From Caedibacter taeniospiralis (lineage in GTDB: Bacteria; Pseudomonadota; Gammaproteobacteria; Francisellales; Francisellaceae), in the NCBI RefSeq assembly GCF_002803295.2, contig NZ_PGGB02000010.1, forward strand, positions 1 to 32,000: DNA of 32,000 nucleotides, written 5' to 3'. The notes beneath the pieces are model-generated. The model saw nothing but the letters and a program-made list of their open reading frames with translations. It did no database searches and was not told the DNA's origin. Each line of letters opens with the position of its first letter. Positions within the stretch are counted from its first letter, which is position 1. Below, piece after piece: positions 25,591 to 32,000 of the stretch. Both the position numbers and the translations under genes were made by a program.

Positions 25591-27969
25591 ATGAAATTTA
25601 GTCATCGTTGGTTGGAAAGTTATCTGGATCAAACACTTGATATTGATGTATTAAGCGAAAAATTAACAGCAGCAGGTTTAGAGGTTGATTCAATTGAGGC
25701 AGTGGCGCCTGAATTTAACGGGGTTGTCGTCGGTGAAATCAAGAAAATTGATAAACATCCTGATGCGGATAAATTGAATATATGTCAAGTGGATGTCGGT
25801 GACGACGAGTTATTGACGATCGTCTGTGGTGCACCCAATGTGTACTCTGGAATGAAAGCACCTGTTGCCAAAATTGGTGCCTCTTTACCTTATGACTTTA
25901 AAATTAAAAAAAGCACCCTTCGAGCTCAGGAATCCTATGGCATGATGTGCTCACAAAAGGAGTTAGGACTTAGCGAAGAAAATGAGGGGCTGATGGATTT
26001 GCCTCAGGATGCTCGAGTTGGTGAGGATATTCGCGACTATCTTCAGCTGGATGATCATGTGATTGAAGTAGATTTAACGCCAAATCGCGCGGATTGTTCA
26101 AGTGTATATGGTATCGCCAGAGAAGTTTCAGCATTGACCGAAGCCAAACTTTTGCCATTGACAGAAATTAAGCTAACAGCAACTAAAAAAGCGGATAAAC
26201 AAGTTATCAGTGAAACACCTGAAAACTGCCCACGATACTTTGGACAAACGATTTATAACATCAATGCCAAAGTGCAAACCCCGCTGTGGATGAAAGAACG
26301 TTTACGTCGTTCAGGGCTGAGATCCATTTCAGCGATCGTTGATATTACTAATTATGTATTGCTTGAATTAGGACAACCTATGCACGCCTTTGATGCAGAT
26401 AAAGTGGGCAGCAGTATTTATGCGCGTATGGCAAAAGACAACGAAAAAATCACCCTGCTTGATGAAACCGAAATAACGCTTAAACCAGGTACGCTGGTGA
26501 TTGCTGATGCGCATCATGCTCTGGCAATTGCTGGAGTTATAGGGGGGCTTAATTCGGCTGTTACTACTGAAACCCGCAATATTTTTTTGGAAAGTGCCTA
26601 TTTTGCGCCAGTTGCCATTGCAGGCAAAGCTCGTCAATACGGTTTACATACGGATTCGTCACACAGATTTGAACGTGGTGTTGATCCCAAACTCTGTCAA
26701 TATGCGATTGATTATGCAGCAGCATTAGTCGTTGAAATTGCAGGTGGTGAGCTTGGTGAGATTGTTTGTGCTGATCATTATGATGAAATTGCGCTTGAGA
26801 TACCGCTTCGTTTAAGTAAGTTAAATTCTATTTTAGGCATGAACTTTTCAGCAGACTTTGTAGAAGCAGTGCTTACTGCACTTAAGATGAGCCTTACTCG
26901 AGTGACTGCCAATGGCGATGTGATCTGGCAGGTGAGCGCCCCCAGTTATCGCTTTGATATGATAATCGAAGAAGATTTGATTGAAGAGGTGGGGCGCATC
27001 TATGGCTATCAAAATTTACCCATGAATCTACCTCAAATGTCATTGATGCCACAGCATGTCTCTGAGCAGACGATCGCATTAGCGACACTTAAAAGCACGC
27101 TGGTAAATCGTGGCTACCATGAAGTGATCAACTATAGTTTTATCGATCCTAAGCTTGATGAGCTGTTTTTTGGCATGGCTGGACTTTCTTTGCAAAACCC
27201 GATTTCGCAGGATATGTCTATTATGCGTCAAGGTTTAATTCCGAGTTTAGTCAGCACATTTAAAACCAATTTAAATCGCCAGCAGTCACGTATTCGTATT
27301 TTTGAGGAGGGGGTGTGTTTTCAACCTGCTGAAAAATTGGCGCATGAGTATTCCCATTTTGCAGGTCTTGCCTATGGCAGTATTAACCCTCTTAACTGGC
27401 AGGAGAAGTCGATCAGTGACTTTTATTCGGTGAAGGCGGATGTTGAAGCCTTATTGCAATTGAATAAACATGCCATTCATTATATCCCGTGTGAAGACAT
27501 TGACTGGCTGCATCCAGGACAATCTGCCTACATATATCAAAGTGGAGAGAAGGTGGGCGTAATCGGCGCGCTGCATCCTAATGTCATGAGCGTGTTGCAG
27601 ATTAAAGGAAAAGCGCCGATTGTGTTTGAATTGCAGACGAGTAAAATCTCTAACAAACATATCGCGAAATTTATGGCAATTTCTAAATATCCATCGGTTT
27701 CCAGAGACATTGCTGTGACTGTTGATCGCCATACCACCGCGCAAAGCTTGGTTGATGCTGTCAACAAAGCCGATGTGCAGCAATTGAATCAAGTCGATCT
27801 TTTTGATGTTTATCAAGGTGATAATTTACCTGAAAATAAAAAGAGTATTGCGTTGAATTTGACTTTCCAGGACAACACAAAAACCTTGACGGATGAAGTG
27901 ATGAGTGAAGTCATGGCAAAGATTCTCACTTCGCTGAAAACCCATGCCAATGCGAGCTTGCGTGAGTAA
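25591..27969 (+). CDS. pheT: phenylalanine--tRNA ligase beta subunit
   Basis: 792-aa ORF with an N-terminal tRNA-binding domain (MKFSHRWL...HPDADKLNICQVDVG), B3/4 and B5 domains, and a C-terminal FDX-ACB domain (YPSVSRDIAV). Confidence 0.95.
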   Translation: MKFSHRWLESYLDQTLDIDVLSEKLTAAGLEVDSIEAVAPEFNGVVVGEIKKIDKHPDADKLNICQVDVGDDELLTIVCGAPNVYSGMKAPVAKIGASLPYDFKIKKSTLRAQESYGMMCSQKELGLSEENEGLMDLPQDARVGEDIRDYLQLDDHVIEVDLTPNRADCSSVYGIAREVSALTEAKLLPLTEIKLTATKKADKQVISETPENCPRYFGQTIYNINAKVQTPLWMKERLRRSGLRSISAIVDITNYVLLELGQPMHAFDADKVGSSIYARMAKDNEKITLLDETEITLKPGTLVIADAHHALAIAGVIGGLNSAVTTETRNIFLESAYFAPVAIAGKARQYGLHTDSSHRFERGVDPKLCQYAIDYAAALVVEIAGGELGEIVCADHYDEIALEIPLRLSKLNSILGMNFSADFVEAVLTALKMSLTRVTANGDVIWQVSAPSYRFDMIIEEDLIEEVGRIYGYQNLPMNLPQMSLMPQHVSEQTIALATLKSTLVNRGYHEVINYSFIDPKLDELFFGMAGLSLQNPISQDMSIMRQGLIPSLVSTFKTNLNRQQSRIRIFEEGVCFQPAEKLAHEYSHFAGLAYGSINPLNWQEKSISDFYSVKADVEALLQLNKHAIHYIPCEDIDWLHPGQSAYIYQSGEKVGVIGALHPNVMSVLQIKGKAPIVFELQTSKISNKHIAKFMAISKYPSVSRDIAVTVDRHTTAQSLVDAVNKADVQQLNQVDLFDVYQGDNLPENKKSIALNLTFQDNTKTLTDEVMSEVMAKILTSLKTHANASLRE

Positions 27970-27974
27970 ATAAG

Positions 27975-28394
27975 ATGCTGGATGTACAATTTATAGAAAA
28001 ATGCAATGCAACTTTGATCGAAGCCTATCGCCTGTTAGGGGAAAGCGAGTCAGAAGGCGTTCACTATGATCTGTATCTCTCGGCAATTATCAAAGAGTTT
28101 GAAATACTGCTTGAACAGTGCGGAAAGTTATTGAAGAAAGCCCTGGTTCCTTACTTTCACTCAAAAAAGGCTGTGGATCAGTTGACTTTTAAAGATATTT
28201 TTAGATACACAGGTAACTATGGGCTATTAAGTACAGATGAAATTGAACGCTGGTTAAACTATCGAGATAACCGAAATCTCACGGCGCATGATTACGGCTT
28301 TGATTTAGCAGAGGAAACTTTGCCACTTATCCCCATGTTTATCGAAGATGTGAAACGTTTAATTAAAATGCTTAGGGCACAAAATGCTTCTTAG
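27975..28394 (+). CDS. HEPN-domain protein, HI0074 / nucleotidyltransferase substrate-binding family (putative toxin)
   Basis: 139-aa ORF with an Rx4HxY HEPN motif (RNLTAHDY) and an overall PF08780-like pattern (IKEFEILLEQCGKLLKKAL...W...RD.RNLTAH). It starts 5 nt after the pheT stop. Confidence 0.8.
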   Translation: MLDVQFIEKCNATLIEAYRLLGESESEGVHYDLYLSAIIKEFEILLEQCGKLLKKALVPYFHSKKAVDQLTFKDIFRYTGNYGLLSTDEIERWLNYRDNRNLTAHDYGFDLAEETLPLIPMFIEDVKRLIKMLRAQNAS

Positions 28395-28695
28395 GGATAA
28401 AGATAGAGAGTTACTGATAGCGCTTGCAGTGAAAACGCTCAAAACGCCTTGTGAGATTTGGGTCTATGGCAGTCGCGTTGACGGCTCAGCACACGATGGC
28501 AGTGATTTGGATCTTGTAATTAGGACGAAAAATCTCGCTCCCTTGAACGCGCTAATGTTGCAGGCATTTAAAGACGCAATACAAACTTCAAATATTCCCA
28601 TCCTGGTGCAAGTTCTGGATTGGGCACGAATTCCTCAAAGTTTTCATAGCAACATCTTAAAAAACTACGCTGTTTTAAAGCCACTTAATAGTTAG
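28384..28695 (+). CDS. minimal nucleotidyltransferase (MNT, HI0073-like; putative antitoxin)
   Basis: 103-aa ORF with the pol-beta NTase signature GSRVDGSAHDGSDLDL. It overlaps the HEPN gene by 11 nt. Confidence 0.8.
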   Translation: MLLRDKDRELLIALAVKTLKTPCEIWVYGSRVDGSAHDGSDLDLVIRTKNLAPLNALMLQAFKDAIQTSNIPILVQVLDWARIPQSFHSNILKNYAVLKPLNS

Positions 28696-28706
28696 TCATC
28701 ATCACC

Positions 28707-28726
28707 CCTCCCCCTTGTGGGAGAGG
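28707..28726 (+). terminator. GC-rich hairpin downstream of the HEPN-MNT pair (possible terminator or REP-like unit)
   Basis: CCTCCCCC-TTGT-GGGAGAGG pairs at 7 of 8 positions and starts 12 nt after the MNT stop. It is followed by TCGAATTTC, a poor U-tract. Confidence 0.3.
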
Positions 28727-28749
28727 TCGAATTTCTAGGTCATGGACCA

Positions 28750-28824
28750 TATTCCCGCCCATCGCTACCCTGTGCGAGATTGCAGGAGTCATTTCAAAGC
28801 TGGACTTCCGCCTTCGCGGGAATA
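28750..28824. repeat. inverted repeat pair TATTCCCGC / GCGGGAATA bounding a 75-bp segment
   Basis: Perfect 9-bp inverted repeats at 28750-28758 and 28816-28824. The right arm is also part of a local TTCCGCC-TTC-GCGGGAA type hairpin. Confidence 0.4.
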
Positions 28825-28891
28825 ACAGCGCCCATTTTGTTTGGGTGAAGATTTGTTCTAAGCCAATTTCTATGCATGCGGGTGAAGATAG

Positions 28892-29539
28892 TTAAACCTT
28901 TCTGGAGCTTTTGTCACTTAATTGCATCTCAAGTGCGTTTGCCCACAGGTAACTAAAAACACCGATGTAAACACCACCCAAAACATCACCAAGATAATGC
29001 TCTGTACTTAATATTCGGCTAATGGTAATGACAAGCGCAAGAGCGATACACAGGATGGTTATTTTCTTATTCTGTATAAGCTCGGTAAGTCCCAGTAATC
29101 CAGCAAAAGCCAGTGTAGCATGCCCTGAAGGAAAACTGTTAAATAAGCGCTTGTGTGAAAACCAGTGAAAACCATAGAGTCCTTCTTGCAGAAAGAGCTC
29201 AGGACGATAGCGTGCCAGGGTGACTTTAATAACCGTTGCCACCCCAAGAGCAAGAAATAAACTCAGCGCCCAGATAGCTAAGCGGGGGTTTAGCTTCTGG
29301 CGCCACTTTTGCCAGATACACACAATCGATAGAATAACAAATAGCACAAGCCAGTGATCAGGATCAAAAACAGTGGAGATAAAATTTGCGAGTTTAACGA
29401 CAGCTGTATACTGAAGCTCATGATAAGCCGTAATCGCCAGAGGGCGGTCCAGGTAAACATAACATAAAGTTAAAACTGCCAGGGTGATAATTCCGTAAGA
29501 AAGTGTTTGTTTAAGAAGCGTTCTGATATTCGTCATCAT
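28892..29539 (-). CDS. PAP2-family membrane phosphatase
   Basis: All three PAP2 motifs are present: KVTLARYRP, PSGH and SRILSTEHYLGD. I prefer the start at 29539 (MMTNIRTLLKQTL, followed by a transmembrane helix). The extension to 29677 in the track runs through a REP cluster. Confidence 0.8.
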   Translation of the reverse strand: MMTNIRTLLKQTLSYGIITLAVLTLCYVYLDRPLAITAYHELQYTAVVKLANFISTVFDPDHWLVLFVILSIVCIWQKWRQKLNPRLAIWALSLFLALGVATVIKVTLARYRPELFLQEGLYGFHWFSHKRLFNSFPSGHATLAFAGLLGLTELIQNKKITILCIALALVITISRILSTEHYLGDVLGGVYIGVFSYLWANALEMQLSDKSSRKV

Positions 29540-29640
29540 TGCATTGTTATCTAAGAAGTAGGTGTAAAAAGCGTAACTTTTTTTACGAGTTGAGAAAAGA
29601 GAAATTACACTAAATCGGGTTTTGTCGCACACTATATCTT

Positions 29641-29697
29641 CGCCCATGATGGCGTATTGCGTAGGGGCGTATTGCATACGCCCTTCTAAAATGGGCG
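29641..29697. repeat. GTAG-headed REP-like cluster (family 1)
   Basis: GTAG, then GGGCGTAT-TGC-ATACGCCC at 29661-29683. It is preceded by a direct copy of GGCGTATTGC (29651-29660) and bracketed by CGCCCAT / ATGGGCG (29641-29647 and 29691-29697). Confidence 0.6.
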
Positions 29698-29753
29698 GAA
29701 ATTCAGGTAAAACCCTGATCTATTTGAAGAATGGCGTATTAGTCAGGATTGGA

Positions 29754-30845
29754 TTAGACATTAAATCTAAAATGAATTACATCTCCGTCATGCACAATGT
29801 ATTCTTTGCCCTCAAGGCGTGCTTTGCCTGCGTCTTTGGCACCCTTTTCTCCGTTATATTGAATATAGTCATGGAAGCCTATGACTTCGGCGCGAATAAA
29901 TCCGCGTTCAAAATCTGTGTGAATTTTTCCTGCTGCTTGCGGTGCCGTGGCTCCTACAGGAATTGTCCAGGCGCGGACCTCTTTGACGCCCGCGGTGAAA
30001 TAGGTTTGCAATTGTAAAAGCTTGTAGCCCGCGCGAATAACACGATTAAGTCCAGGTTCATCTAAACCAAGATCGGAAAGAAATTCCATTTTTTCATTAT
30101 CCTCAAGCTCAGTAATTTCAGACTCAATTGCAGCACAGACAGCGACTACATCAGCGTTATCCTGTTTAGCAAACTCAATAACTTTATCAAGTAGAGGGTT
30201 GTTTTCAAAGCCTGACTCATCGACATTAGCGATATAAAGAGTTGGTTTGTGAGTTAGTAGTGGCGTTTGTTTGATCCATGTGAGCTCATCCTCATTAAAC
30301 GGAAAACTACGAGCTGGTTTTTCAGACTCTAAATGTGTCTTTAAATTTTGGTAAAGATCCAGTTGCAGCTTGGCTTCTTTGTTGGCACTTTTAGCCAGTT
30401 TTTGCACACGCTGAATAATTTTGTCAACGCTTTCAATATCGGCCAAAAGAAGTTCAGTGTTAATGGTTTGGATGTCATCGATGGGATCAACTTTGCCAGC
30501 GACGTGGACAATATCGCTATTGTGAAAGCAGCGGACAACATGGGCAATGGCTTCTGTTTCACGAATATTGGCTAAAAACTTATTGCCTAATCCCTCGCCC
30601 TTAGAGGCTCCAGCAACAAGACCTGCAATATCAACAAACTCCATGGTGGCAGGTAAAACTCGTTGTGGTTTTACGATTGCTGAGAGCTGATCTAAACGTG
30701 GATCAGGAACTGATACCATGCCAACATTAGGCTCAATGGTGCAAAAAGGGTAATTTTCTGCCTGAATACCTGCTTTTGTCAACGCATTAAATAGGGTTGA
30801 TTTTCCAACGTTAGGAAGTCCAACAATGCCACATTTAAAACCCAT
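29754..30845 (-). CDS. ychF: ribosome-binding ATPase YchF
   Basis: [29 protein letters not shown] and a C-terminal TGS-like domain (FIRAEV...[18 protein letters not shown]). Confidence 0.95.
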   Translation of the reverse strand: MGFKCGIVGLPNVGKSTLFNALTKAGIQAENYPFCTIEPNVGMVSVPDPRLDQLSAIVKPQRVLPATMEFVDIAGLVAGASKGEGLGNKFLANIRETEAIAHVVRCFHNSDIVHVAGKVDPIDDIQTINTELLLADIESVDKIIQRVQKLAKSANKEAKLQLDLYQNLKTHLESEKPARSFPFNEDELTWIKQTPLLTHKPTLYIANVDESGFENNPLLDKVIEFAKQDNADVVAVCAAIESEITELEDNEKMEFLSDLGLDEPGLNRVIRAGYKLLQLQTYFTAGVKEVRAWTIPVGATAPQAAGKIHTDFERGFIRAEVIGFHDYIQYNGEKGAKDAGKARLEGKEYIVHDGDVIHFRFNV

Positions 30846-30875
30846 AATAAAACCCTTATGAAATATTGTTTGTAT

Positions 30876-31454
30876 TTATTTCTGATGAAGCTCATTCATC
30901 ACGCTTTGATGATTGCCCCGTATTATATCGTCCAGATAACAAAGCGCACGCTTAATGCCATGATCAATGGCAATTTTATCTTCGATCGATGGTTTTCCTA
31001 ATACATAACCCACGACTTTATGGCGATCTCCTGGGTGATCAATGCCGATGCGAAGGCGATAATAATCACGTGTACCTAAAGAGGCATCAATATCTCTTAA
31101 GCCATTATGTCCGCCGTGTCCACCACCCTTTTTGAGGCGCACCTGCCCGCAAGGCAAATCCAGCTCATCGTGCGCAACCAGGATCTCATCTGGTGTGAGT
31201 TTGTAAAATTGCGCAAGCTTAGCAACGGCTAAGCCACTTTTATTCACATAGGTGTGAGGATATAAAAGCCAGAGTTTATCAGTTCCCATTTGAGTTTGTG
31301 CTGTGGCACCATGGAATTTATGATCTGCTACTAACGCTAGATGATATTTTTCCGCAACACCTTGGAGAAACCATTCTCCTGCATTATGGCGTGTGTCCTG
31401 GTATTGACTGCCAATGTTACCAAGTCCAACGATAAGCTTAATAGTAGTCGTCAT
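30876..31454 (-). CDS. pth: peptidyl-tRNA hydrolase
   Basis: LIVGLGNIGSQYQDTRHNAG and GGHGGHNGLRDI motifs. It lies upstream of ychF, as in E. coli. Confidence 0.95.
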   Translation of the reverse strand: MTTTIKLIVGLGNIGSQYQDTRHNAGEWFLQGVAEKYHLALVADHKFHGATAQTQMGTDKLWLLYPHTYVNKSGLAVAKLAQFYKLTPDEILVAHDELDLPCGQVRLKKGGGHGGHNGLRDIDASLGTRDYYRLRIGIDHPGDRHKVVGYVLGKPSIEDKIAIDHGIKRALCYLDDIIRGNHQSVMNELHQK

Positions 31455-31569
31455 GTCTTAACCAAAGTTTAAAATTGGGGTGGAGTATAGCGAAGGCAAT
31501 TTTGAATGACAAGTTTACTGACGCCATGCTACCATAAACGAAATTTTTCTTGGGTGTTTTTCTGTGTAA

Positions 31570-32000
31570 ATGAGTATTAAAAAGCTTGAATCACTAATTG
31601 TTGCGGTACCTGATTTTCCAAAGCCAGGAATTTTATTTCGTGATGTTACCCCATTGCTGGCAGACCCTGCTGGCTTGACTCTCACCGCAAAACTGATGGC
31701 TAAGCGTATTAAACAGCTTAAACTTAAACCCACGGTGATTGCAGGTCCTGAAAGCCGAGGGTTTATTTTTGGTGTGGCACTGGCCAAGCATTTAGGTATC
31801 GGTTTTGTCCCTATTAGAAAGCGAGGTAAGTTGCCACGAGCGGTTTATGATTGTGAATACGAACTGGAATATGGGATGGATCACTTAGAGGTGCATCAGG
31901 ATGCTTTTCATGCCAATGATCAGGTACTGTTGGTCGATGATTTGCTGGCAACAGGAGGAACTGCAAACGCCTGTGTTGAGCTGGTGAAAAAAGCAGGTGC
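31570..32000 (+). CDS. apt: adenine phosphoribosyltransferase, 5' part (truncated by the window end)
   Basis: The translation MSIKKLESLIVAVPDFPKPGILFRDVTPLL...VLLVDDLLATGGTANA matches Apt, including the PRPP-binding motif. It is absent from the track because it is truncated. The antisense ORF at 31515-31787 is spurious. Confidence 0.9.
   Translation, partial: MSIKKLESLIVAVPDFPKPGILFRDVTPLLADPAGLTLTAKLMAKRIKQLKLKPTVIAGPESRGFIFGVALAKHLGIGFVPIRKRGKLPRAVYDCEYELEYGMDHLEVHQDAFHANDQVLLVDDLLATGGTANACVELVKKAG

Noticed and set aside
25423-25632. 69-aa minus-strand ORF overlapping the pheT start
   Set aside because: It is a read-through of MITE copy B. Its similarity to the helicase insert (HPFT.EGE...GWQPQADGV) is a by-product of the shared DNA repeat, not evidence of a gene.
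29540-29677. N-terminal 46-codon extension of the PAP2 ORF
   Set aside because: The extension runs through the GTAG REP cluster and precedes a much more plausible start (MMTNIRTLL followed by a transmembrane helix).

Overview
AT-rich window, probably from a gammaproteobacterium. The gene content and the repeat biology described below resemble Legionellales (Coxiella or Legionella relatives), but that placement is inference only. All protein calls come from motif recognition by eye; no database search was run.

The window is mostly core housekeeping genes:
- divergent amgK-like kinase and lptD
- an Rrf2-regulator-sufB-sufC-sufD operon
- the rpsU-yqeY-dnaG-rpoD macromolecular synthesis operon
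- tsaE, rsmB and suhB
- trmJ-rnhB-pheS-pheT
- a PAP2 phosphatase, ychF-pth and a partial apt

Accessory content:
- a truncated AAA-ATPase-like (DUF1703-type) gene at the left edge
- a GNAT/DUF1778 (TacT/TacA-like) toxin-antitoxin pair
- an HI0074-type HEPN plus minimal nucleotidyltransferase pair directly after pheT
- an MFS transporter and a YcfL-like lipoprotein
- a 1180-aa AddA/UvrD-type helicase-nuclease with no adjacent AddB partner

I see no convincing novel multi-gene system. The most unusual signal is a family of GC-rich palindromic MITE-like elements with CTACCCCG...CGGGGTAG core ends:
- One copy lies in the pheS-pheT spacer, with 24-bp terminal inverted repeats and an 8-9 bp target-site duplication.
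- One copy lies between suhB and rsmB.
- One solo end lies upstream of rpoD.
- One copy is embedded in-frame inside the helicase-nuclease ORF. It adds about 58 codons without breaking the frame, as Rickettsia palindromic elements do.

Two further REP-like hairpin families populate the intergenic spacers. One is GTAG-headed (GGGCGTAT/ATACGCCC), the other has the core TCCCACGCAGGAGCGTGGGA. Two units of the GTAG family sit inside the suf operon. No rRNA, tRNA or CRISPR array was recognised.
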